Below, one piece after another: positions 29,394-38,697 of a stretch of DNA of 47,081 nucleotides. The first letter of the stretch is position 1. Each line of letters starts with the position of its first letter. This stretch comes from Acidimicrobiia bacterium. Its GTDB lineage: Bacteria; Actinomycetota; Acidimicrobiia; Spongiisociales; Spongiisociaceae. A model generated the notes under the pieces. The model saw only the letters and a list, made by a program, of their open reading frames with translations, searched no databases and was not told the DNA's origin. The DNA is taken from contig VXRE01000002.1 of NCBI GenBank assembly GCA_009838635.1, forward strand, positions 17,607 through 64,687, written 5' to 3'. A program made the translations under genes and the position numbers.

Positions 29394-30392
29394 ATGATGT
29401 TGCCCGAGAACCGTTCCTTCGAATTGTCCCGGCAGCTTCTCGAAGGCGCCATAGACATCCACGTCCACGCCACACCGCACCTGCCCAGCAGCCCGCGACG
29501 GCTGGACCCCATCGAGGCGGCCACCGAGGCCCGGGACGCCGGCATGCGCGCCATCGTGCTGATGGATGTCTTCCAGATGACCAACGGGATCGCCTGGATC
29601 GTGAACCGGGCCGTTCCCGACTTCACGGTCTACGGCGGTCTGATCCTCAATACCGCGTACGGCGGCCTGAACCCTCGGGCTGTCAAGACGGCGATCGGGT
29701 ACGGTGACGGCGCCAGGTTCGTCAGCCTGGGCGCTCATTCCACCTACTACCAGGCCTCCCGGGAGGGCCGGATCGTGGACGGGAAGTTCACACCACTGAA
29801 GGACCTGTACCCGGAGTTCAGGAGGGAGGAGGTGGATAGGTCCATCCGCATCCCCGTGGAAGGGGCGGTGGGGCCCGAACTGGACGAGATCCTGAGCGTC
29901 ATCTCGGACCATCCCCGTGTCTTCCTGAACACGGGCCACGTCTCGCCCGAGGAGGCCATCCGCCTGGTCGAACTCGCACACGAGTACGGCATCGGCAACG
30001 TGCTGGTAGCCACCGCCGTCACCCAGGCTGCTTCGACGGACCAGCTCCTGTACATGGCCCGGAGGGGCGCCTTCATCGAGTACACCCTGGGCGCCTACAC
30101 GCACACCACGTCGATCCCCAAGACCCATTACTACGTAGAGCTGGAGTACGCGGCGGACGAGGAGATGACGGGGGAGGCGAGTGGTGGCATCCGGAAGGCC
30201 GCCGAGCAGATGCGGCAGGTGGGCACCGAAAGCTGCATCCTGGCGACGGACTTCGGTGGGTACACGTTGCCGGCGCCGGTCGAAGGCCTGCGCGAGTTCA
30301 TCGCCTGCCTCCTTGACCTGGGCGTGCCGGCCGAGGACATCCGCAGGATGGTCAGGGCCAATCCCGGGAAACTCCTCGGCCTCGATCCGTAA
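29394..30392 (+). CDS. Amidohydrolase-fold protein (DUF6282-like)
   Basis: GAIDIHVHATP, GGLILN...GGLNPRAV, NTGHVS, LATDFG, NPGKLL. Confidence 0.75.
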   Translation: MMLPENRSFELSRQLLEGAIDIHVHATPHLPSSPRRLDPIEAATEARDAGMRAIVLMDVFQMTNGIAWIVNRAVPDFTVYGGLILNTAYGGLNPRAVKTAIGYGDGARFVSLGAHSTYYQASREGRIVDGKFTPLKDLYPEFRREEVDRSIRIPVEGAVGPELDEILSVISDHPRVFLNTGHVSPEEAIRLVELAHEYGIGNVLVATAVTQAASTDQLLYMARRGAFIEYTLGAYTHTTSIPKTHYYVELEYAADEEMTGEASGGIRKAAEQMRQVGTESCILATDFGGYTLPAPVEGLREFIACLLDLGVPAEDIRRMVRANPGKLLGLDP

Positions 30393-30408
30393 TTAACCTG
30401 GTGGGTGG

Positions 30409-30852
30409 ATGAGATCGGACGCCGTGACCGTGGAGGAATACCTGGCGAGCCTTCCCGAGGATCGACGGGAGGCGATCTCGGTGGTGCGGTCGGTCATCCT
30501 CGACCACCTGCCCGAGGGATACGAGGAGGAGATGCGCTGGGGGATGATCTCCTACGAGGTGCCGCTCGCGATGCAGCCGGACACCTACAACGGCAAGCCG
30601 CTCATGTACGCGGCCCTTGCCTCCCAGAAACGGCACATGGCCGTCTACCTATCGGGCGTCTATGCGGATCAGGCAGCCCGTGACGACTTCGAGCAGGCGT
30701 ACCGGGCTACGGGCAAGCGTATGGACATGGGCAAGAGTTGCGTCCGCTTCCGCCGCCTCGACGACCTACCTCTCGAGGTCATCGGGGAGGCCGTCGCCCG
30801 CTATCCGGTCAACAACTTCGTCGACCTCTACCACCGCGCTCGCCGCCGCTGA
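30409..30852 (+). CDS. DUF1801 (YdhG-like) protein
   Basis: TVEEYLASLPEDRR, LPEGYEE.M.WGMISY, ALASQK.HMAVYL, DMGKSCVRF. Confidence 0.85.
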   Translation: MRSDAVTVEEYLASLPEDRREAISVVRSVILDHLPEGYEEEMRWGMISYEVPLAMQPDTYNGKPLMYAALASQKRHMAVYLSGVYADQAARDDFEQAYRATGKRMDMGKSCVRFRRLDDLPLEVIGEAVARYPVNNFVDLYHRARRR

Positions 30853-30982
30853 ATCCCCGGATCGGCGGCCGGAGATTAGAACGCCTTCTGGACGTCCCCG
30901 CTCCGAAGGCCCCTGCTACGGTCAATCAGTGGCAAAAGGCGGCTTGGCGATTGCCTTGCACCAGCGCGATGGGAGGTAGAAG

Positions 30983-32974
30983 ATGCTCCGAGGGACGTGG
31001 TATAGGTTCAGACCCGGGTTGGTGATCGTCTCGGTCTTCGTCCTCCTCGCCGCGGCTTGCGGTGACGACGAGGAGACCGCCGAGCCGGTGGCAACCCAAG
31101 CCCCCGCTACTACCGCGGCGGCGGCGCCGGAAACTACTGCGGTGATGGCTGATGAGCCGATCAAGTTGGGTTATATCTCTGGTGGTGATGCGGATCCGTT
31201 CGTGTTCATCGTGACTGAGAGTATCCGTGATGCGGCTGCTGCGGCTGGGGTGGAGTTGTTCGAGTGTGACGCGAATTTCTCTACGGATACGGCTATCCAG
31301 TGTGCTCGGACTTTGGATGCTCAGGGGTTGGATGCGGTGATCAACTGGCAGTTCTTCCCGGATGCTGCTGAGGCGGTTTGCGAGGCGTATGGTGATCTGC
31401 CGACGGTGACGATGGACGTACCGCAGGGTCCGTGTGAGCGGGTGTTCGTGGGGTCGAACGGTTACGAGGCCGGTTTGGTGGCCGGGGCCGGTTTGGGTGA
31501 TTTCGCCCAGTCGGAGTTCGGTTGCGATTTCGATCTGTACGTGTCGATCGAGAACCTGTCTTCGCCTGATATCAATGCTCAGAGGGCTGGTGGTTCGCGT
31601 GAGGGCTTCGAGGGTGTTTGCGGGGCTGTTCCGGATTCGAAGTTCCGGATTGTGGACAAGCGTCAGGGCGGTTCCGATGCGTTGGAGAACGTGCGGCGCC
31701 AGTTCACTGACATTTTGACGACGGTGCCGGACGCGACGGTGATCCTGGTGATGTCGAGTTTCGGTGATCCGGATGCGGCTTCTGCGTTCGCGGCGGCTGA
31801 GACTCAGGGCCGGGGTGAGCATGTGTTCATCGTTGGTCATGGTGCGGACGCTTCGGCGTGGCCGGACATTCTGAACAATCCGCAGTGGATCGGTGATGTG
31901 GCGTATTTCCCGGATCGGTACGGGAGTCTGGCGGTGCCGGCGGCTATCGCGTTGGCGATGGGTGATGACCCGGGCCGGGAGATCTTCATCGATCACCAGT
32001 TCCTCGACGCTTCCAACCTGACCGACGCCTACCCCGAAGCAGCCGGCATGGCCGAGGAGCCGGCGGTGATGGCTGATGAGCCGATCAAGTTGGGTTATAT
32101 CTCTGGTGGTGATGCGGATCCGTTCGTGTTCATCGTGACTGAGAGTATCCGTGATGCGGCTGCTGCGGCTGGGGTGGAGTTGTTCGAGTGTGACGCGAAT
32201 TTCTCTACGGATACGGCTATCCAGTGTGCTCGGACTTTGGATGCTCAGGGGTTGGATGCGGTGATCAACTGGCAGTTCTTCCCGGATGCTGCTGAGGCGG
32301 TTTGCGAGGCGTATGGTGATCTGCCGACGGTGACGATGGACGTACCGCAGGGTCCGTGTGAGCGGGTGTTCGTGGGGTCGAACGGTTACGAGGCCGGTTT
32401 GGTGGCCGGGGCCGGTTTGGGTGATTTCGCCCAGTCGGAGTTCGGTTGCGATTTCGATCTGTACGTGTCGATCGAGAACCTGTCTTCGCCTGATATCAAT
32501 GCTCAGAGGGCTGGTGGTTCGCGTGAGGGCTTCGAGGGTGTTTGCGGGGCTGTTCCGGATTCGAAGTTCCGGATTGTGGACAAGCGTCAGGGCGGTTCCG
32601 ATGCGTTGGAGAACGTGCGGCGCCAGTTCACTGACATTTTGACGACGGTGCCGGACGCGACGGTGATCCTGGTGATGTCGAGTTTCGGTGATCCGGATGC
32701 GGCTTCTGCGTTCGCGGCGGCTGAGACTCAGGGCCGGGGTGAGCATGTGTTCATCGTTGGTCATGGTGCGGACGCTTCGGCGTGGCCGGACATTCTGAAC
32801 AATCCGCAGTGGATCGGTGATGTGGCGTATTTCCCGGATCGGTACGGGAGTCTGGCGGTGCCGGCGGCTATCGCGTTGGCGATGGGTGATGACCCGGGCC
32901 GGGAGATCTTCATCGATCACCAGTTCCTCGACGCTTCCAACCTGACCGACGCCTACCCCGAGGCAGCCGGGTAG
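30983..32974 (+). CDS. Sugar ABC transporter substrate-binding lipoprotein with two identical RbsB-like domains
   Basis: Lipobox LAAA-C, Ala/Thr linker, then two identical ~300-aa periplasmic-binding-protein type I domains (DPF, R..G, IVGHG.D). Upstream of a permease and ATPase. Confidence 0.88.
   Translation: MLRGTWYRFRPGLVIVSVFVLLAAACGDDEETAEPVATQAPATTAAAAPETTAVMADEPIKLGYISGGDADPFVFIVTESIRDAAAAAGVELFECDANFSTDTAIQCARTLDAQGLDAVINWQFFPDAAEAVCEAYGDLPTVTMDVPQGPCERVFVGSNGYEAGLVAGAGLGDFAQSEFGCDFDLYVSIENLSSPDINAQRAGGSREGFEGVCGAVPDSKFRIVDKRQGGSDALENVRRQFTDILTTVPDATVILVMSSFGDPDAASAFAAAETQGRGEHVFIVGHGADASAWPDILNNPQWIGDVAYFPDRYGSLAVPAAIALAMGDDPGREIFIDHQFLDASNLTDAYPEAAGMAEEPAVMADEPIKLGYISGGDADPFVFIVTESIRDAAAAAGVELFECDANFSTDTAIQCARTLDAQGLDAVINWQFFPDAAEAVCEAYGDLPTVTMDVPQGPCERVFVGSNGYEAGLVAGAGLGDFAQSEFGCDFDLYVSIENLSSPDINAQRAGGSREGFEGVCGAVPDSKFRIVDKRQGGSDALENVRRQFTDILTTVPDATVILVMSSFGDPDAASAFAAAETQGRGEHVFIVGHGADASAWPDILNNPQWIGDVAYFPDRYGSLAVPAAIALAMGDDPGREIFIDHQFLDASNLTDAYPEAAG
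31139..32970 (+). repeat. Tandem direct repeat, period 924 bp
   Basis: 31139-32037 reads as identical to 32063-32961, followed by one synonymous A/G difference (32038/32962). A short unique linker separates the copies. Identical shadow ORFs at 31434 and 32358 confirm the 924-bp offset. Confidence 0.97.
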
Positions 32975-32996
32975 TGAGTACCAGCGAGGCATAGCT

Positions 32997-33164
32997 CTAG
33001 TGGTCTGTCTGCGAAACAACCGGGTGCTCTGGCGGCCATCGGCGTCCGGTCGCTGCGTTCCGCTTCCTCAACGTACCGCTGCGGGTACGCCTTCGTCAGC
33101 GGGCCTTGCGAGGAACACCGCTGCCTCGCCATACCACACCGGCATTACACAGACAGACCACTAG
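32997..33164. mobile_element. 168-bp MITE/REP-like element with 15-bp perfect terminal inverted repeats
   Basis: CTAGTGGTCTGTCTG (32997-33011) and CAGACAGACCACTAG (33150-33164), CTAG at both ends, partly palindromic interior, no credible ORF. Confidence 0.7.
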
Positions 33165-33239
33165 GCAGTGGCCAAGGCACGTTCTGACCGGGGCCGGGGC
33201 GACGGGGACGGAATCCCCGCCACCCCGGCCGGTGGGGTG

Positions 33240-34205
33240 ATGTCGAAGCTGACGTCGCGCGTGCGGTTCACGGCCATGCAGGCGCGGGTCGGCGTCCTGA
33301 TCCTGCTGTGTGTCTTCTTCACCATCCGATCCCCCTTCTTCTTCACCTCCACCAACCTGGTGAACGTGCTGGTCAACGGGGCGGTCATCGGCATCATCGG
33401 AAGCGCCATGACCCTGCTGCTCGTGGCCCGGCAGGTCGACGTGTCGGTGGGATCCGCCATCGGGTTCGCCGGAGCGGTGTTCGCGGTGTTCGCCAGGGAC
33501 TACGGCATGGCTTGGGGAGTCGTCGCGGCGATAGCAGCCGCCATGGCGATCGCAGGCATCAACGCGGTGGCGATCATCAAGTTCCGGGTCAACTCGATCC
33601 TCACCACGCTCGCCACCCTCGTGGCCTTCCGCGGGGCCTCCAAGCTCGTGATGGACGGGCGGGCCGTCCGGGTCGAAGGATTCAGGTTCCTGGGGCGGAC
33701 CCGCTTCGAGGTGTGGGGAATCGAGATACCCGTAGCCGTGATCGTGCTGCTGCTGGTGGTGGCGATCTTCTACGTGGTCATGCGCCTCACCAAGTACGGC
33801 CAGCAGATGTACGCCATCGGCGCCAACCCCCAGGCGGCGAGGCTGGCGGGGATCCCGCTCGAGAGGCAGGTGGGTATCGCGTTCGTCCTCACCGGAGCGA
33901 CCGTCGCCCTAGCCGCCATGATCGTCGTGTCCCAGGTGGGTGCGGTGTCCCCCACGACCGGGGAGAGGATGGAGTTCCTGGCCCTGACCGGTGTGATCGT
34001 GGGCGGCGCCAGCCTGTACGGGGGAAGGGGTTCGGTGATCGGAACCCTGGTGGCGATCCTCATCCTGGCGGTGCTGGACAACGGTCTCGTCCTCCTGCAG
34101 GTCCAGTCCTTCTGGCAGGAGGTGTCGAGGGGCGTCCTGCTGCTGGGTGCGGTCGTGTTCGACCAGCTGGGACGGCGGGAGGCGGAAGTCAGGATGGATG
34201 TGTGA
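33240..34205 (+). CDS. Sugar ABC transporter permease (RbsC family)
   Basis: VDVSVGS, ILTTLAT, TKYGQQMYAIGANPQAARLAGI, VIVGGASLYGGRGS. Start may instead be GTG 33168. Confidence 0.92.
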   Translation: MSKLTSRVRFTAMQARVGVLILLCVFFTIRSPFFFTSTNLVNVLVNGAVIGIIGSAMTLLLVARQVDVSVGSAIGFAGAVFAVFARDYGMAWGVVAAIAAAMAIAGINAVAIIKFRVNSILTTLATLVAFRGASKLVMDGRAVRVEGFRFLGRTRFEVWGIEIPVAVIVLLLVVAIFYVVMRLTKYGQQMYAIGANPQAARLAGIPLERQVGIAFVLTGATVALAAMIVVSQVGAVSPTTGERMEFLALTGVIVGGASLYGGRGSVIGTLVAILILAVLDNGLVLLQVQSFWQEVSRGVLLLGAVVFDQLGRREAEVRMDV

Positions 34206-34251
34206 TGCTCCGGGGAGAGGCACGTCCGCGACGACCTGGGGTAGCCGTTCC

Positions 34252-35028
34252 ATGAGCTACGTGACCGTGCCGGGTGCTCCATTGCTGGACATCAGAGGCC
34301 TGTCCAAGCACTACGGGACCATACGCGCCCTGGACGACGTGAGCTTCACCCTCGACCGGGACGAGATCGTGGGGCTCCTCGGCGACAATGGAGCGGGAAA
34401 GTCGACCCTGGTCAAATGCCTGGCCGGCGCCGTCATCCCGACCGCCGGCGAGGTATACCTGCACGGCGACCGCAAGGTGTTCTCCACTCCCGCGGAGGCT
34501 CGCGACGAGGGAATCGAGACCGTCTACCAGCAGCTCGCGCTGGTTGACATCTTCGACATCCCGGCCAACTTCTATCTGGGCCGCGAAGTGGTCAGGAGCG
34601 GGTGGCGCGGGAAGCTGGGGATACTCAACCGCAGGCTGATGCGCAAGAGGGCTCGCGCCGCCGTCGAGGCCCTCCCGGCCCGGTTCCCGAACCTCGATGC
34701 CGAAATCGAGACCATGTCCGGCGGGCAACGCCAGGTGGTGGCCATTTCCCGTGCCGGGTTCTGGGGTGGCCGGCTCCTGCTGCTGGACGAACCCACTGCG
34801 GCGCTGGGTGTCAAGGAGGCGGCCGCCGTGCTGGAGATGATCGGGGCGATGGTGTCATCGTCCGACACGGACATGGCGATGATCGTTATCTCCCACAACA
34901 TGGAGCACGTGTGGTCGATCTGCACCCGCCTGCTCATACTCCGCCAGGGGCGGCTGGTGGCGGACCTGCCCAAATCGGAGACAACCCGCCAGGAAGTGGT
35001 GGCCCACATCACCGGCGCCACCGCCTGA
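34252..35028 (+). CDS. Sugar ABC transporter ATP-binding protein (single NBD)
   Basis: GDNGAGKST, GIETVYQ.LAL, MSGGQRQ, LLLDEPTAALG, ISH. Alternative start ATG 34198. Confidence 0.93.
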   Translation: MSYVTVPGAPLLDIRGLSKHYGTIRALDDVSFTLDRDEIVGLLGDNGAGKSTLVKCLAGAVIPTAGEVYLHGDRKVFSTPAEARDEGIETVYQQLALVDIFDIPANFYLGREVVRSGWRGKLGILNRRLMRKRARAAVEALPARFPNLDAEIETMSGGQRQVVAISRAGFWGGRLLLLDEPTAALGVKEAAAVLEMIGAMVSSSDTDMAMIVISHNMEHVWSICTRLLILRQGRLVADLPKSETTRQEVVAHITGATA

Positions 35029-35055
35029 GGCAGGGGCAAGACCATCGTCTGGAAC

Positions 35056-35811
35056 GTGGGCGCCGGGCTGGACGGTAGGGGGGTCATGGTCACCGGCGCC
35101 GCCCAGGGGATCGGCAAGGCGACCGCGGAAGCCTTCGCCGAGGCGGGGGCGCGGGTGTTCGCGGTCGATATTCAGGGGGATGCGGTCGCCGAGACGGTCG
35201 CCGGGTTGGCATGGCCCTCCCGTCACCGGGCGAGGCGTTACGACCTCCGCGACTTCACCGGGTTGGCCGGCCTGGTTGAGGAGGCGTCCGAGTCGCTGGG
35301 GAACTTGTGGACCCTCGCCCACGTGGCCGGTGTCCTGCGGCGCCAGCCCCTCGACGAGGTGGGCGAGGAGGAGTGGGACCTGCAGCTGGACGTGGACCTG
35401 AAAGCGGGGTTCTTCCTTTGCAGGGCCTTCGGGCAGGCCCTCGTGGCGGGGGGCCGGGGTGGGAGGATCATCAACTTCTCGTCGCCTGGCTTCATCCGGG
35501 GTACCAGGCTGGGTGCCCACGCCTACGTGGCGGCCAAGGGCGGCATGGTGTCGATGAGCCGCGACTTCGCCCGGTGGTACGGGCCGCACGGGATCACCGT
35601 CAACTCACTCCTCCCCGGGCCGATCGACACGCCCATGCAGCACACCGACAACACAGAGGAGGTCGTGGCGGCCGGAGTAGCCGCGTGCCCGCTGGGGCGG
35701 CTGGGCCAACCGTCCGAGGTCGCTTCGGTGGTTGTCTTCCTGGCCTCGGATCACGCGAGCTACATAAGCGGCGCCGCCATCAGCGTCACCGGCGGCGCCC
35801 TCATGTACTGA
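35056..35811 (+). CDS. Short-chain dehydrogenase/reductase (paralog B)
   Basis: TGAAQGIG, YVAAK, PGPIDTPMQ. Close paralog of 13064-13873, sharing the GAGL.GRGV start, CPLGR and the terminal MY. Confidence 0.9.
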   Translation: MGAGLDGRGVMVTGAAQGIGKATAEAFAEAGARVFAVDIQGDAVAETVAGLAWPSRHRARRYDLRDFTGLAGLVEEASESLGNLWTLAHVAGVLRRQPLDEVGEEEWDLQLDVDLKAGFFLCRAFGQALVAGGRGGRIINFSSPGFIRGTRLGAHAYVAAKGGMVSMSRDFARWYGPHGITVNSLLPGPIDTPMQHTDNTEEVVAAGVAACPLGRLGQPSEVASVVVFLASDHASYISGAAISVTGGALMY

Positions 35812-35969
35812 TCGGTGCCCGCCGCCCGGCGCGACGCCGAGCGGAACGGACTCCTCTCCTCCACCGCATGCTCAGGAGGTGCGTAACGGGAGCTCGGACC
35901 CTCGGGTAGTTCGGTCGCTTGGGCGATGTCGGACACATCGACCTCCAACCCCAAGGGTCGGGTGCGTTA

Positions 35970-38015
35970 CTAGAAACGCCCGACTTGGACGATCGGTAGC
36001 GGGCCGGCGTCACCGGACACCATCAGGTCCAGCACGGCGGGCAGCGAGTCCACCCATGACAGACCTGCCACCGGGTCGATGAGCCGCACGGGCGCATGGC
36101 CGGTCACCCGATGCCGGAGAACCTCGGCCGCCCTGGTGCCATCCCCGTCCGGCGCCAACCAGAGTTCGCCCCGATGGTCCGCAACGCCCCGGACACGTGC
36201 CTCGCGGAGTGACGGGCCGGGATCCACGGGTTTGTAGCTGCCCGGTCTGCGACCATTCCCGAACAGCACCGTGTTCAGCACCCTCGTCACGTGGAAGGCC
36301 GGGCGCGGGTTCGACAACCGGTCGAGCAGCCCGTTTACCACCTTGGTCACCCGGTCGAGATCCTGCAGCGGATCGAGATAGACGCGGCAACCGGGCATCG
36401 TGGCGGCTGCGAACAGCGCCTCGGCAGCCGCGAGGGCGTTGCGTTCATCGTCGGCGCCCAGCGGAACCAGGAAGTCGAGACCTCCCACGGAGCCGAGCCG
36501 GGTGTCGAAGGCCAGGACCTCGTTCCACACCGATCCCGAGTCGTCGACCGTGCAGACCGCCCGGTCCAGGTAGACACCACGTTCGCTCAGCATGTCATCG
36601 AGGTCCGGCAGTTCCCGGGGCCGGAAGCCGGTCCGGCTTCGCAGGTGCACCTTGCCGGTGTCCTCCAGCGCCAGCGGGGCCATCGCGACGCCCACTCCCG
36701 TCTCCCGCAGCCCCGCGAGGGCCTCCAGATCCTCACCCTCCGGGAGGAAGCGGTTGGTCAGCTGGACCTCGATGAAGTCTGTCTCGGAGGCCTTCCGAGC
36801 CGCAGCGGCTATGTCAGCGGGCCTGGGACACAGGACGGTCGCGGTCAACCGCACACCCTCGCTACGTAGGACGGCGAGTTGTCCGGCCTGGATAGACACG
36901 TCGAGGTCGTGGATAGGGAACCGGACATGGCGGATACCCGCCTCGACGCAGGAGAGCAGCGGGTAGTCGTCGCGGATCCTGTGCCTCACGTGGTTGGGAT
37001 AGGAGATCGCCCCGTCGCTCTGGTTGGTGATGGGCAGTCGCAGGTAGGTGGCTGCGGGGGAGTGGGGCACATCGACGGTCGTGCCGGTCAGTATCCGGGA
37101 CCCGGCCGGGTGGTTGGCGTGGGTCTCCCCGCTGGTGCGGATGAGATGTACCGAGGTCGCGTCATCGGTGACCCGGACCAGGAAGAAACCGAGCTTGGTG
37201 GTGTCGAGCCATCCCCGGTCGGGCGGACACACGTTGAAGGCCTCGTAGAAGCCCGGCCTGGTGGTGGTCGTCGATGGAAGCGTGTACAAGCGGGTGCCGC
37301 CGGCTCGGTTGAAGACCTGGAAATGGGTGTGACCGCTGAACAAGGCCTCGACGTCGTAGCGCCTGCACAGGTCCAGCAGCCAGGTCCGGTCCGGGTTGCC
37401 GAGCACGTCGTAGCTGCCCAGGCCGGGCTCGTCCTCGTCGACGAGATATGGCGGAAGGTGCATAAACAGAAAGATCCGGTGCGAGGCATGGGCGGCGAGG
37501 TCGGCCTCCACCCACTCGCGCTGCTCTATCCCCTCGGGCAGGGTGGTGTTCATGATCTGGGAGTTGAGGACGACGAAGTGCGTATCGCCTTCGGTCCGGC
37601 TGTAGAACGACTTGCCGAAGTCCTCGTCCCAGCGTTTCAGGTATCCCGGTTCCACCCAGCCGGCGGGCACCGTGGGATCCGGCTTGTCACCGATGTCCAT
37701 GTTGCCGGCCGCGAAGTTGACCTCCAGGCCCGACTCCTCGAACTGGGCTACGGCGGCTCGCCTCCCGGTGTCGAAGAACCGGGATCCCGGGTACTCCTGG
37801 GCAAGATCCCCCACATGGAAGACCAGCTCGGTTTCGGTCGCCTTGGTGAGAGCCAGTGCCCAGTCACCCCGGTCCGACCACTCGCGTACGATCTCCGGAG
37901 TGACCGAATCGCCCTTGGTCGAGTACATGCCCGGATCGACCAGGTGATGGGTGTCGGCGATGACCACGAACTCCAGGGCGGCCTGGGGTACGTCTGAGCG
38001 GTCGAAGCTGGGCAT
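35970..38015 (-). CDS. Calcineurin-like metallophosphoesterase fused to an unknown C-terminal domain
   Basis: IADTH, HVGD, GNMD, FMH, SGHTH in the first ~300 aa. The remaining ~380 aa are unrecognised. Confidence 0.75.
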   Translation of the reverse strand: MPSFDRSDVPQAALEFVVIADTHHLVDPGMYSTKGDSVTPEIVREWSDRGDWALALTKATETELVFHVGDLAQEYPGSRFFDTGRRAAVAQFEESGLEVNFAAGNMDIGDKPDPTVPAGWVEPGYLKRWDEDFGKSFYSRTEGDTHFVVLNSQIMNTTLPEGIEQREWVEADLAAHASHRIFLFMHLPPYLVDEDEPGLGSYDVLGNPDRTWLLDLCRRYDVEALFSGHTHFQVFNRAGGTRLYTLPSTTTTRPGFYEAFNVCPPDRGWLDTTKLGFFLVRVTDDATSVHLIRTSGETHANHPAGSRILTGTTVDVPHSPAATYLRLPITNQSDGAISYPNHVRHRIRDDYPLLSCVEAGIRHVRFPIHDLDVSIQAGQLAVLRSEGVRLTATVLCPRPADIAAAARKASETDFIEVQLTNRFLPEGEDLEALAGLRETGVGVAMAPLALEDTGKVHLRSRTGFRPRELPDLDDMLSERGVYLDRAVCTVDDSGSVWNEVLAFDTRLGSVGGLDFLVPLGADDERNALAAAEALFAAATMPGCRVYLDPLQDLDRVTKVVNGLLDRLSNPRPAFHVTRVLNTVLFGNGRRPGSYKPVDPGPSLREARVRGVADHRGELWLAPDGDGTRAAEVLRHRVTGHAPVRLIDPVAGLSWVDSLPAVLDLMVSGDAGPLPIVQVGRF

Positions 38016-38189
38016 CCGTAGACCTCCTCGGTTGTGGCGTTCCCTGTGTCGTTGCGATCGAGAGCGGATCCGGTCGGATGGTACGCCGGACCATGCGGCG
38101 GCTGTCGAGCATTACTAACTTGTTCATGGACAGTAGACAGCGGGCCATCGCTCCGAGGTGATGGATGGGACGGCCAGGGAGGTAGACCG

Positions 38190-38693
38190 GTGAGTTTTCT
38201 TTCGATCGACCACGTCGGGGTGGCGGTGACCGACCTGGGGATATCGGTTCCCTGGTGGACCAGGTTCCTCGAAGAGGAGCCGTTCATGCAGGGCACCTGG
38301 ATAGCCGCCGACGTGGAGGACTACGTAGGCAAGATCGTCGGGTATCCCAACTGTGACATGTCGGGCGCCTTCTGGGCGCTGCCGGGCGGTTCGGTGCTCG
38401 AGATGCTGCAGTACCACAACCCTCCGCCCGGCCGCGTGGACATGGCCACCTACAACGCCGGGAACACCCATCTCTGCCTGGAGACCGAGGACATCTACCG
38501 GGACTACGAACGGATGCGTGACCACGCGGTGTTCGTATCCGCCGAGCCGGTCCGCTGTGCCTGGGGCAGGTACGAGGGCGCCCTCACCTGCTACCTGCGC
38601 GACCCGGATGACATCTCGATCGAGCTGATCCAGTTCGCCGACGGGGGAAGGCCGTTCGAGGTCGAGAGTCCGTTCGTCAACCCTTACGGATAG
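38190..38693 (+). CDS. VOC/glyoxalase-family protein
   Basis: IDHVGVAV, LEMLQY, NTHLCL, YLRDPD..SIELIQ (H/E/H/E ligands). GTG 38190 follows GGAGG. Confidence 0.88.
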   Translation: MSFLSIDHVGVAVTDLGISVPWWTRFLEEEPFMQGTWIAADVEDYVGKIVGYPNCDMSGAFWALPGGSVLEMLQYHNPPPGRVDMATYNAGNTHLCLETEDIYRDYERMRDHAVFVSAEPVRCAWGRYEGALTCYLRDPDDISIELIQFADGGRPFEVESPFVNPYG

Positions 38694-38697
38694 GCAT

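Noticed and set aside
30926-33019. 697-aa antisense ORF over the duplicated binding protein
   Set aside because: Shadow frame; it stays open because of the skewed sense codons and is His/Arg-rich with no motifs.
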